From Octopus bimaculoides (Eukaryota), in NCBI RefSeq assembly GCF_001194135.2, contig NC_068982.1, positions 92,333,410-92,371,130 of the forward strand: a DNA stretch of 37,721 nt, given 5' to 3'. Both the position numbers and the translations under genes were made by a program. Position 1 is the first letter of the stretch. Each line of letters opens with the position of its first letter. Below, in pieces: positions 1 to 11,381 of this stretch. Under the pieces are notes generated by a model. It saw only the letters and a program-made list of their open reading frames with translations. It searched no databases and had not been told where the DNA came from.

Positions 1-380
1 TGTGTGGGGTCGTCGTAGGATTTTCGAGCGAGATCGTTGCCAGTGACCCTGAACTGGCTCATGTGCGGGCGACACATGAAATCTTTCGAGCGGGATCGTT
101 GCCAGTGCCCCTGGACTGGCTCTTGTGCGGGTGACACATGAGGTTTTTCGAGCAAGATGAGCGTGGCCGTTGTCAGTACCGCAAGACTGGCCTTCGTGTG
201 GGTGACACGTAAAAGCACCCACTACACTCTCTGAGTGGTTGGCGTTAGGAAGGGCATCCAGCTGTAGAAACTCTGCCAAATCAGATTAGAGCCTGGTGTA
301 GCCATCTGGTTTCACCAGTCCTCAGTCAAATCGTCCAACCCATGCTAGCATGGAAAGCGGACGTTAAATGACGACGATGA
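1..380 (+). mobile_element. RTE LINE 3' UTR/tail (modular repeats, then conserved tail)
   Basis: Tail GGCGTTAGGAAGGGCATCCAGCTGTAGAAA...CATGCTAGCATGGAAAGCGGACGTTAAA followed by (GAT/GAC)n. Same family as the ends of the RTE copies at 15351 and 18206. Confidence 0.85.
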
Positions 381-392
381 TATACATACATA

Positions 393-600
393 TCATCATC
401 ATTGTTTAACATCTGCATGGGCTGGATGGTCTGACATAAAGCTGGCCTGCTGGGAGCTGTCCAGTCTCCAATTACTGTTGTGGCATGGTTTCTAGGGTTG
501 GATGCCCTTCCCAATGCCAACCACTTAACAGTGTGCTGGATGCTTTTTACGTCCCACCGGCATGAGTATGTTTATATAGCACTAGCATGGGTGCTTTTTA
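393..600 (-). mobile_element. Diverged RTE-tail repeat (LINE 3' end or SINE with RTE tail)
   Basis: (CAT)n followed by the reverse complement of the tail motif (GGATGCCCTTCCCAATGCCAACCACT). Confidence 0.7.
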
Positions 601-654
601 TATTGCACAGATAACTATATATGACCTCCCCTCCCTGCCACTGCAGTTAAGGTG

Positions 655-887
655 CCTTGTCTTGCAAGTTACATGGTAACCTCTCTAGTGCCAGTATCAT
701 GTAAAAAGCATCCAGTGCACTCTGTGAAGTGGTTTGCATTAAGAGGGCCATTCAGCTGTAGAAAAATACCAAACAAAGCTGGTATTAGAGATTGGCATGG
801 TCCTCTAGCTCATTGGTTTCTTGTCAAACTGGCTAACCCTTGGCAGCAAGGAAAGCAAACATTAAACAATAATGATGATGATGCTGA

Positions 888-889
<2 letters not shown>
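655..889 (+). mobile_element. Diverged RTE-tail repeat
   Basis: GTAAAAAGCATCCAGTGCACTCTGTGAAGTGGTT...CAGCTGTAGAAA ending in (GAT)n. Confidence 0.7.
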
Positions 890-964
<75 letters not shown>

Positions 965-1100
965 CATACATACATACACACACACATATGTTTATATATA
1001 TATATGTATATATATCATCATCATCATGATATATATACATATATATATAAACATATGTGTGTGTATGTATATGTATATATATGCATATAATATATATACA
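890..1100. repeat. (TA)n / (TACA)n / (CAT)n compound microsatellite
   Basis: Seen directly. It explains the YIYI ORFs. Confidence 0.98.
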
Positions 1101-1714
1101 TCATTTCCTAAGCAGACATAAATGATGTGTATATATATAAATACACACACACATATATAAATTTTATAAATCTATGTGTATATTGAATTTTAATTATTTT
1201 CATTCAGTTCTCCACAATTTAAGGCCTATTGTGAAAGAAATTTGCTTCACACTCACATTTTTTTCTGGTTCAATCTCACTGCATACCGTCATTAACAAGT
1301 GTCTTCTACCATATGCTTCAGAGAGAAATCTGCTGGCTGAAACTCTGTGAAAGCCCATGAGAGGACCATTGCTGTTCTTGGGTGGAAGGTTTAATCTGTC
1401 ACCACTTTATCATGACAACCTGACCCCTGGGTACTTTTAGCAGAGTACTCTGTTGCAAAAGTTAGGAACAGGTTTCCAGATAACTTTCTTCCATCAGTTA
1501 CAGATGTTTTAATGTCCACTTTTTTATGTTTCCATAGGTCAAATGAAGTTTACTGAGGCAGAATTTCTATGGTTGGTTGCCCTTCCTGATGTCAACCTTT
1601 ACCTGTTCCCAAGCAAGCTATTATTTCTGCATGGTTAGGTACGTTTTCCCATTAATTTACAACAATCATGCTATGTCAAATCAAGGAAATGCAACATATA
1701 TACATACATATATG

Positions 1715-1878
1715 CACACACACAACAGACTTTTTTCAGTTTCCCTTTATCAAATCCACTCCCTTTGGTCAGTCTGAGCTATAGTAAGAAGTCACATGCT
1801 TAAGGTAACATGTAGTGTGACTGAACAGGAAACCATGTGATTGGGAAGCAAATTTGTCAACCACACAGCCACACTTAC
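1715..1878 (-). mobile_element. tRNA-derived SINE head, diverged
   Basis: Reverse complement resembles the head of the 5804 SINE (GTGGCTGTGTGGT...CCACATGGTT...). Confidence 0.65.
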
Positions 1879-2094
1879 TCTTATCAAGATATTATCACAT
1901 ATCTTCTTCTATAAATTATAATAACTGGTACCATAACACATCCTCATCTATTGGGTACAAGCATATTATTTACCAGTAGCATTTAATACCTTCTAATTCT
2001 TACTCAATAATATTCCTTGAATTTGTATCCTTTCTCAGATTAAATCCACCTTCATGTAATTTTCATGCAACTTTAGTTCCAATTGATCTTTTAG

Positions 2095-2395
2095 CTTTTA
2101 TTTGTTTCAGTCATTAAACTGTGACCATGCTGGAGTACCATCTTGAAATAAACCAACCTCAGTACTTATGTTTTTCTAAGTATGGAACTTATTCTATTGG
2201 TCTCTTTTGTTGAGCTATAAAGTTATGAGGACATAAACAAACCAACAGTTGAGTGGTGTGTGACAAAGACACACACAATATATATAAATATATATATATA
2301 CACACACATTGGGCTTCCATACAGTTTCCATCTACTAATTTCACTCACAAGAAGCTATAGTAGAAGGCACTTGCCCAAGGTGTTACACAATGTTA
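2095..2395 (-). mobile_element. SINE fragments (tail and head of the 5804 family)
   Basis: TTTGTTTCAGTCATT..GTGACCATGCTGGAGTACC and CACTTGCCCAAGGTG, both reverse matches to the 5804 SINE. Confidence 0.65.
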
Positions 2396-2839
2396 AATTA
2401 GTACAAATATTTCACACTGAACAATCACAGAAATACCATTTTATTAGAAGGATGGACCTATTTGCTCGTGATAATGTTCTTTGAGCTCAAAACTGTCATG
2501 TCAACCATTATATTCCATATTCAGTCAGGATCATTGAGACTGATGTAAGAGTTGGTTTGCATATTTTTTAGGATGAAAATGTAACCCTTTTTCTGGTTTA
2601 ATGCCACCACCAGGACTTTGGGTGCCTTCAGGAGAGGCCACTCTGTTGCAAGTATTTGAATCATATATCCAGTTAGAGGATAGTAGCATTGCTACTTACA
2701 TGAGTTGTGTAGGGTTTTTTTTTTCAAGGCTCTACAATCAGATTTGCTGTCCTTCCTCCTCTATCAAAGTGATAAATGGAGAGAAAAAATTACACCCCTA
2801 TCTCTTTCATCACCTGAATCAAAGAGTATCCTTTAGCAA

Positions 2840-3112
2840 GGTACCCGTGGTGGTGACACGTAAAAGGCACCCATGCCGATGACATGTAAATGTCTCTCAT
2901 ACTGGTGACATGTAAAAGGCACTCATGCCAGTGACACGTAAAGGGCACCAACTACACCCTGCGGTGTGGTTGACATTAGGAAGAGCATCCAGTCATAGAA
3001 ACCAAACCAAAACAGACTGGAGCCTGGCACAGATTTCCAGCTCACCAAGTTCCAGTCAAACTGTCCAATCCATGCTGCTTGGAAAACAGATGCTAAATGA
3101 TGATGATGATTA
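2840..3112 (+). mobile_element. RTE-tail repeat with short GTGACACGTAAAAGGCAC modules
   Basis: Three GTGACACG/ATGTAAAA modules, then the tail and (GAT)n. Confidence 0.7.
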
Positions 3113-4399
3113 TGAAGATGTTAAAATGTAAGTTTCAGAGAATTCAATATTAACTTTGATAAAACAATGATACACAGAGAAATGTGTTGGGCATATTAAA
3201 TGATAATGAGGAGATGCTGCTGTAGTAATTTAGAGATTATAGGCTTGAATGATGAACAGCAGGTTTGAAACACCAGTGTGGTACATGTTCAACTGGAATA
3301 GCACAAACTCTTTCTCAAGACTTTTACCACTAGAAATGCAGTCAACTATGAATCAGTCTTTGGAAACCTTTAACCAACAAAGCTTATTACTCATAAGATA
3401 TTAACCCTTTAACTGCAAAATTAAACTTCATCGATATTACAGTAATATTGGTATTTTCTGCAAGTCATTTACTTCCATAAACTTGACATATCTCAACAAA
3501 AAATAGTTTCAAACACAACATTCCTCAACAAAAGATGGATTGGTATATAAAACTGCTTCCTGCAATTAAGGGTAATGAAATTTTGTGTGGATATAACTGA
3601 TTTCCGCAATAAAAAAGTTCAAAAAAATACTCATTGCTTTATCTCTCTCCTTTTTGCATAACTGCCAGAGTAACTAATGGTGGCAGTGGATCTCTCCTAC
3701 TCACCACACCATGTTCCAGTGTAACCAGGGATATCACTGTCCAACCCTCTCATCTTTCCAACTCCACCTTTCTCATTTATATAACTCTAGCTCTGTCACT
3801 CATCACAAAGTATAGGCATAAAGAATTATGAATCAGAAACTCTACTACCCATCATTACTGTTTTGTCCCCGGGCTAATCATTATTGACATTCATCACATA
3901 CCATTTATCCACCTCTATTACTATCCAACATTCTCACCTCCTTCACCACTCTTTCTTCCCAATCAGTGTTTCTACTATCACTCTTGTTCCCTTAACACAG
4001 TCATCACTCTCTTAACCTTGAATGAATGAATATAATTTAAAAAATGTAAAAACTGTACTCCAATTAATCATGTGGAGGACAAGGCAAACTCCACAAATGT
4101 TGATGCCACTATAAAGTCCCTGTAGAACACTAAATTTATAGGTGAATGAGTGGATATGTGGTGTTAAGATGCTTTAGTCATGAACATGCTTTTCTCTCTA
4201 GTGTTGATACTATTCTCCCATTACACTCTGTAAAGTGGCTGGTGATAGGAAGGGAATCCAACCATAGCTGACATTGCAGGTGACAACAACAGTTTCAATA
4301 AATTTCTCAAAGAGAAAGCTCAATGGTGAGTGGCTTAGGAGAGTAAATCTCCAGTAGATCTGGTTTTGCAAAAAGCATATTGATGGTCATTAAAGAGGC

Positions 4400-4620
4400 A
4401 GGGGGATCCAAGGGGTAAGAGAAAGTTAAAAGGTTATCTTCATCACCTTTGATATGTTGGAAGTGTGATAGAACAACAGTTGGCAAGGTTAGAAGTAATT
4501 GGGGGATGAAGACACAGTGTAGTAAGAGTCTAAAAGATTGGAATATATTCATGTAGAGATCGAAGAGCTTGGTAAGGATAGAGGTTAGCTCTGAAGTGCA
4601 TAGTTTGAGGGTAATGGAAA
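4400..4620 (-). pseudogene. Decayed non-LTR retrotransposon RT N-terminal fragment (CR1/Jockey-like)
   Basis: Minus strand translates TLKLCTSELTSILTKLFDL...HIKGD, resembling the LK.CA.EL..IL..LF and K.GD pre-RT motifs. Confidence 0.45.
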
Positions 4621-5324
4621 TGTTGCTTAATTTTCATTTAAACAATAAATAGATGTAATATCTTTAAATAATTGTTCAAATCTATAATTAAGTAAGGAAG
4701 ACATAATGCCACAAATGTATGTGAGATAAGTACCACTGTTTACTTTATTTCTGAATGAAAATTCAGTAGGTTTCTGAAGGTCTTGGAGTTGGTTTTAAAT
4801 GGGTTTTTTTAATTACAGTGGCTGATATAACAATTACAAAACTGTTTTGCCAGAAACAACAGTTGTAAGTGACGTCTGGCCATCATACATCAATCTATTT
4901 GGCTTTTAACACCTACTGTCAATCTTAATGATGCATGTACATATGCAACTACAAACCATGTTGAATTGCTGTAGAATTGTGCAAAAAGTAGAAATAAAGA
5001 AAACATTGGTACTTATTGCATAAAAATGAATTTGTGGCATTATGCTTTTCTTATCTAATGATGAATCTGAACAATTATTTACAGATAATTAAATTTATCA
5101 TTTGTAATAAATAACACTTCCACTATTTGTCCAAAGAAATGGCAATTCTTCCTATTGTAGTAGTAAACTCAACAGAAATTACAAATATCTTTTGGGGGTC
5201 ATCAAAACGAAATACTTGTCCAGGGTGGTAGTTTGGCAGAATTGTTCAAATTTTAGTATTTATTCCAGTTCTTTGTGTTCTGAGTTCTTGGGTGGTAGAT
5301 TTAATCCATTACCTGGTTTAACAG

Positions 5325-5690
5325 CACCGTCAGAGCGTGATCATTACCAGAGCAGCTGTCTGGCTTCTGTGCCAGTGGCACGTAAATAGCACCATTTGAG
5401 CGTGATTGTTACCAGCGTCGCCTTACTGGCACTGGTGCCAGTGGCACGTAAAAAACAACATTTTGAGCGTAGCCGTTGCTAGTACCGCTGGACTGGCCCT
5501 CGTGTCGGTGGCACATAAAAGCACCCACTACACTCTCAGAGTGGTTGGCGTTAAGAAGAGCATCCAGCTGTAGAAACTCTGCCAGATCAGATTGGAGCCT
5601 GGTGCAGCCTTCTCGTTCGCCAGTCCTCAGTCAAATCGTCCAACTCATGCTAGCATGGAAAGCGGATGTTAAACGATGACGATGATGATG
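5325..5690 (+). mobile_element. RTE LINE 3' UTR/tail
   Basis: GAGCGTGATCATTACCAG modules, conserved tail and (GAT)n. Confidence 0.85.
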
Positions 5691-5803
5691 ATATAAATAT
5701 TAAATATATATATATATAATATATAAAGGTTAATTGTACATAATGTGTGCATTTGGTAGAACAAACATGAAAAATAGAATTCTATATGGGTATATACATA
5801 ATT

Positions 5804-6236
5804 AGGAGTGGCTGTGTGGTAAGTGGCTTGCTTACCAACCACATGGTTCCGGGTTCAGTCCCACTGCGTGGCACCTTGGGCAAGTGTCTTCCACTATAGC
5901 CTCGGGCCGACCAAAGCCTTGTGAGNNNNNNNNNNTGTCTTCCACTATAGCCTCGGGCCGACCAAAGCCTTGTGAGTGGATTTGGTAGACGGAAACTGAA
6001 AGAAGCCTGTCGTATATATGTATATGTATGTATATGTGTGTGTGTTTGTGTGTCTGTCCCCTCAACATCGCTTGACAACTGATGGTTGTGTGTTTACGTC
6101 CCCGTAATTAGCGGTTCGGCAAGAGACCGATAGAATAAGTACTAGGCTTCCAAAGAATAAGTCCTGGGGTCGATTTGCTCGACTAAAGGCGGTGCTCCAG
6201 CATGGCCACAGTCAAATGACTGAAACAAGTAAAAGA

Positions 6237-6238
<2 letters not shown>
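5804..6238 (+). mobile_element. Full-length tRNA-derived SINE (CORE-like ACCTTGGGCAAGT segment)
   Basis: B-box-like GGTTCAGTCCC, internal (TA/TG)n, 3' end GTCAAATGACTGAAACAAGTAAAAGAG. Contains a 10-N gap. Confidence 0.9.
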
Positions 6239-6276
<38 letters not shown>

Positions 6277-7559
6277 TCTTTTTAATAATTTTAATCGGCA
6301 CAACATTACAAAAATAACCCAAGGACTGAGTTTTTGTGCATAGCACTTGTCAAAGTTTCGTAAGTACCATATACAAAACTCTCGGTCTTTGAGTCACTTC
6401 GGTAATTTCAGCTGAATAATTATAATGAGAAGAAGAAAAAAAGCATATCTATATCTATATACAGGAAGAAAAGAATTGCACATTAATGTTTATCCCTTTT
6501 TTAACCAAGTATATCGCGACGCTGTTCATTTGAACAGAAATCGTTTTTCTGATAAAAGCTTAACAAGAAATGCATCACGTTGGCCAACGCTTTCGTATAC
6601 TATAAATAGTTACAGAAACACTGATTTGTTCCCAAGGTATAAGTTAATGCTCAAGCATCTTCTGTCGACATTGACTCCCACGCACTATATATATAATATC
6701 CATACATATTCACAACACATACAATAGCTGTTATAATAAAGCTGAACACATTTTTGCTTGCAACTGTTTAAAAGTTATTTTGCCCCGATCGCACACACAT
6801 ATTTATGTGTGCATTCTTTGTTTGCGAGGCGGACAGTGCCCAATACGCACCCCGCTTTCTTTGTGTTTTCAGGTGCAGTCTCTTGTCCAAATAAATGAGC
6901 CACTGAATCGGCTTCCTCTCTCTCATATATATAAACACACACCGAATAAGCTGTTATGGTAATTTTTCTGGCATATGAATTTAAAATAAGCGATTCTATT
7001 TTTAAAATATAGTGAATGCACACAACGTTTTTCTTATATTCAGCTTTAGAGCCAGAAAATCCTTTAATATTTTCTATATTTTTTTTTTACGGGGGAATGA
7101 AGTGTCACTTATACTAAACTTTGAAAAATAAATAACGTAAAAAATTTTATAAAAACAGGAATAAACAAATGATCGGTAAGTGTATAAAAAACTATAATTT
7201 ACATTAAAAGAAATATAATTCGAAATAATTACATTTTTCTTTGTTTATGTATATTTGTGTGATCAAAATATCTAAATACATATAATATTTTCAACGTTAA
7301 ATTTCTAAAACCATTTTATAAATACAAAAATATAAAGCTCTAGATAAATAGCATGTGAATATTGTGTTCGACTTTTTCTTAAAAAGTTTTTCAATCCAAT
7401 ATTTACATACTTATTATCTGTAGCTTTATATGTGCTTCGAGATCCAGTTCCAAAACAATTATTTCACGTTCTCTTGAAAGTTTAGAAATTCTTATTATGT
7501 TAACAAAAATATATATTTGATTAAGCAATAAAATAATATAAAAACGAACAAAATATAAT

Positions 7560-7870
7560 AATATGTCGGTAATTCACCCCAGAATCTCGACACGTGTTTT
7601 AGGTCGCCATTCGTCAGCTCTTCATTGAAACGAAACAAACTTCAACCTACATTTCCGGTGATATGGACTAATAATAACCGTTTTATAAGCACTAACTCTG
7701 TAAACTATATTTTTCAAAGCTATAATTTAAAATGTCTAAAAGCAAATCGACAGGATTACTTGATCTGTAATATTAAAAACAAAAGTCATTGTTCCCAGTT
7801 GCTAATTAAAGTGAAAGGCAAAAGAAAATGAAGACCACAAGATGGAGCATCGTCGGTTTATTGTGAGCGG
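7560..7870 (+). promoter_or_regulatory. CpG-enriched candidate promoter/first-exon region of PIG-Y
   Basis: Local CpG enrichment against an AT-rich background, an ETS-like TTTCCGGT near 7652, and position just upstream of the candidate ATGs at 7828/7842. Confidence 0.35.
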
Positions 7871-7979
7871 CAAACTATTTCTTTAAAACAAAATATTCTT
7901 TCCACATGTAGATATGTATTTATTATTACACTGTATTGCTGCTAGTGAACATATTGATGATATAAATCAGTTAAACATG
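7828..7979 (+). CDS. PIGY: Candidate 5' coding exon(s) of PIG-Y (exact structure unresolved)
   Basis: ATG at 7828 (MKTTRWSIVGL), donor GTGAGC at 7863, acceptors at 7911 or 7945. Donor ATG|GTAAGA at 7980 is phase 0 and in frame with the 17486 exon (..EHIDDINQLNM|IQPEF..). Confidence 0.5.
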
Positions 7980-8487
7980 GTAAGATACAAATATTTTAGG
8001 CATTACGCATACATACATTCATATATATATATATATATGTGTGTGTGTGTATGTATATATATATATACATACATATATATATGTGTGTGTATGTATATGA
8101 ATTTGTTTTGCAAGATTCCTGTTTGTGAAATCGTGTTCAAATATATTTTGTTATATTTCCAGAAATATAACCTCATACACACACATATCTATATATCACT
8201 TCTCTAATTGCTTAACTAAAATCTGTAGTGCTTTATATTTTATAAGTCTTACTATTATTTCTTTATGGTTAGTAAGGAAAAAATGTAGAATAGATCTCCA
8301 AAAGTTTGATCGTTAATTTTCCGGTTTTATAAATTGTTTTACATCTCTCGCTCTCTCTCTTTATCTATATATATATTATGAAAAAAATAAGCTAAAATCA
8401 TATTTTAGCTTACAACTTCTCAAAGGAAGTGATACACCTAAGAATATAGGTTACATATATCCTCTATTTATATATATATATATATAT

Positions 8488-8640
8488 AGTGACTGTGGTA
8501 AGAAGCTTGCTTCCCAACCACATGGTTCCCTGTTCAGTCCCACTGCGTGGTACCTTGGGCAAGTATCTTCTATTATAGCCTCGGGCCGACCAAAACTTTG
8601 CGAGTGGATTTGGTAGATGGAAACCGAAAGAAGCCTGTCG

Positions 8641-8677
<37 letters not shown>

Positions 8678-9071
8678 ATTTGTGTCAATGTGTTTGCCGG
8701 TACTACTAAAGCAGCGCGGACCCAAACGCGCAGTCGCGCGTCCGCGCTAGCTAGTTTTGAGTGGTCGATCCTAACCCTATCCCTAACCCTAACCCACGTG
8801 TGCAAATGAATACGTGGTTAGGGTTAGGATCGACCACTCACGACTAGCTAGCGCGGACGCGCGACTGCGCGTTTGGGTCCGCGCTGCTTTAGTAGTACCG
8901 TGTTTGCCTCCCCCCATCGCTTGACAACCGATGTTGGTGAGTTTACGTCCCTGTGATCTAGCGGTTCGGCAAAGGAAAAGGATAGGAATAAGTCCTAGAG
9001 TCGATTTGTTCGAGTAAATGCGGTGCTCCAACATGGCCGCAGTCAAAATGACTGAAACACGTAAAAGAATG
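8488..9071 (+). mobile_element. SINE (5804 family) interrupted by a MITE
   Basis: Collinear with the 5804 SINE on both sides of 8699-8899. Confidence 0.9.
8699..8899. mobile_element. 201-bp foldback MITE with 9-bp TSD and telomeric hexamers (Merlin- or MULE-like)
   Basis: 57-bp perfect TIR (8699-8755 / 8843-8899) beginning GGTAC. TSD GTGTTTGCC at 8690-8698 and 8900-8908. Inner CCCTAA and TTAGGG tracts. Confidence 0.92.
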
Positions 9072-9103
9072 AAAAAAAAAAAGAATATATATATTATTAT
9101 TAT

Positions 9104-9190
9104 TATTAATATTTAGCAGAAGTAACAAAGTGACTGAATGAGAGCTTCGTGCGTTTTTCCTGTTTACAGTAACATACCTATATTTTATAG
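9104..9190 (+). repeat. Dispersed repeat end TATTAATATTTAGCAGAAGTAAC, same family as 31649
   Basis: Near-identical terminus and GAGAG(C/T)TTCGTGCGTT segment shared with 31649-31706. Confidence 0.6.
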
Positions 9191-9500
9191 ATAGATAAAA
9201 TCAAGTACTTGAAAAGGTATGCACCAGGTAGGGTTGGGTAATCTCTGTGGTTCCAGCCTATGATTAGTGAGGGTCGAAATATCGGATAGAATATTTCAGT
9301 CAAGTGCACAGAGAAAACCAACCGTATGAGTATTTAGCGCCTAAAGGGCTGGCCCAAATTACACGTTACTGAGTAGTACGTTGATGGTATATTCTAGGGT
9401 GTCCGACAAGTAAATTCCCTTGGTGTATTATTCGAATATTATTATTAATTTAATTATATATATGTATGTGTGTATGTAAGTTGTCTAAGAGTCCATAACT

Positions 9501-10777
9501 CAGGGGAAAAAAAAGTTCCTAGGCTAGTTGCGTGCGCATTAAGTAATAGCAATGACCTTCATGCAGTGTGCCGAGTGATGTAGCTGTGTTTATTTCGAAA
9601 GTTGTGTTTTTATGATCACATGTATTCTGTAGTCTACGATATTGTCATGGACAGGAAGTTGAAACAAAGAATCAACGTGAAATTTTGTGTTAAACTTGGG
9701 AAGTCTGCTACAGAGACATTGAGCAAGCTTCGGCAAGCTTACGGCGACGAGGCAATGGGTCGTACGCGATGTTTCGAGTGGCACGGGCACTTCAAAAGCG
9801 GAAGAACGTCTCTGGAAGACGATGAGCGATCTGGAAGACCTGCCATGAGCATCACCCTCGGAAATGTGGAGAAAATTCATCAGCTGGTGCATGAGGATGG
9901 TCGGAGGACAATCAACGACATTGCTGATGTTGTTGGTCTGTCGTATGGGTCCGTGCAGGCAATCCTCACCTCTGAATTAAACATGCGGCGTATCTCTGCC
10001 AAGTTTGTGCCCCGCCTACTGACCATTGAGTAGAAAGAATATCGCGTCGAAGTCTGTCAAGATCTCTATCAGCGTGACGCTGATGACCCATCCTTCATGT
10101 CGAGGATCATCACCGGTGATGAGAGTTGGGTATACGGGTACGACCCTGAGACGAAGCAGCAGCCGTCACAATGGAAGAGCCCTTCATCTCCACGACGGAA
10201 GAAAGTACGACAGAGCTGCAACTCAATCAAGACCATGCTCATCGTTTTTTTTTTTTTCGATATCCACGGTATTTTGCATCGAGAATTCGTTCCTCAAGGC
10301 CAGACCGTCAGTCAAAAGTTCTACTGCGACGTTTTGAAGCGCTTGAGGGAAGACATTCGGCGAAATCGACCGGATCTGTGGAGCGCTAAGAATTGGATTC
10401 TTCACGACAATGCACCCTGTCACCGAGCTCTCTTCACTCGTGAGTTTCTCGCCGAAGACAACATGGTGTTGCCTCCGCACCCGCCCTATTCGTCAGATTT
10501 AGCACCTGCGGACTTCTGTCTCTTCCCCAAGATGAAGATGCAGCTCAAAGGTCGCCGTTTTAACACCGTTGTCGAAATCCAGAGCGAATCGTAGAAGGTC
10601 CTCGACTCGTTCACGGAAAACGACTTCCAGGCCGGATTCCAAAAGTGGAAGGAACGCTGGGACCGGTGTATTGCTGCGCAAGGTGACTATTTCGAAAGAG
10701 ATGATGTTAAAACTTAGGTAAATAAGTTATTTTTTTATTAAATATAACTAGTCCGGGAATTTTTTGATGCCACCTTG
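9501..10777 (+). mobile_element. Near-full-length mariner (DD34D) DNA transposon
   Basis: Right TIR AACTAGTCCGGGAATTTTTTGATGCCACCTTG followed by TA (10778-10779). Degenerate left TIR at ~9501-9529. About 1.28 kb. Confidence 0.93.
9647..10717 (+). pseudogene. Mariner transposase, 356 codons with two in-frame TAG stops (10031, 10592)
   Basis: N-terminal HTH region QRINVKFCVKLGKSATET, KFVPRLL, ITGDESW, HDNAPCH, HPPYSSDLAPAD. 34 residues between the second and third catalytic D. Confidence 0.93.
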
Positions 10778-11296
10778 TATATAAAATGTATACACGCAAA
10801 CATAATTTTTCTTTTTAGAAATTTTCACTACTCCCAAAATAACTAATAAAGTACATGCAAAACTCAGTTACTTAATTCTAAACTAAAATTGAACAAAGTT
10901 CTATTTACATACTGCTAATTATATTTTCGAACTTATGTGTTAATCGTCGGTAAATAACATCTAATTGAATCCAGAGAAACATTTTCAATTAATTATGGTT
11001 CCTTAGTGAGTGCCGAAGATTAAACTTTCACTATCCTGAATAGGTATCAGATTCTAAAATGGCTCAAGTTTCAGATTTTGTAGAAGTGAAGTCACGAAGT
11101 CACAAATGAATTAAATTTTGGGATGTAAAATTTTCAATGACACCTTTAATTTTTTTTTTTTCCCCCAATATCATGACTTAAAACCACAAAATGTAATTCA
11201 AATAAGAAAAAAAAAAAGGCTGTATTGACTTTATGTTATGAACCTCAAAATATTTTTAGCTTATTGTTTGATTTTTCTCCTCCAAATAACGTAAAC

Positions 11297-11381
11297 GGTG
11301 AAGGTAAAGGATATGCACACCACCCGTTTTGGGCGTAACAAAAACCCTAACCACCGGATGTGCGTATTTTTTACCTTCGCC
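11297..11381. mobile_element. 85-bp MITE with GG...CC termini, decayed 8-bp TSD and an AACCCTAACC core
   Basis: GGTGAAGGTAAAGGATATGCACA vs reverse complement GGCGAAGGTAAAAAATACGCACA. Flanks ACGTAAAC and ACATAAAT match at 6/8. Confidence 0.6.

Noticed and set aside
652-1090. ORFs rich in YIYI/CVCV (also ~29100-29590, 30000-30850, 34700-34990)
   Set aside because: They are translations of (TA)n/(TG)n microsatellites.
2470-2830. Open frames and splice-like sites on both strands
   Set aside because: No family motif recognised and no consistent exon chain.
4819-4864. 46-nt candidate exon (TTAATTACAG|...|GTAAGT), one frame open (ADITITKLFCQKQQ)
   Set aside because: The peptide is unrecognised and has no partner exons.
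5885-5976. 41-bp direct duplication inside the SINE
   Set aside because: The two copies flank a 10-N gap exactly, which points to an unmerged contig overlap.
6560-6960. TATAAATA at 6601, donor-like AAG|GTATAA, acceptor-like TTTTCAG at 6872, and ORFs 6775-7023 and 6780-6962
   Set aside because: No recognisable protein, no PYURF-like motif, and no demonstrable link to PIG-Y. Such signals are common by chance in AT-rich DNA.
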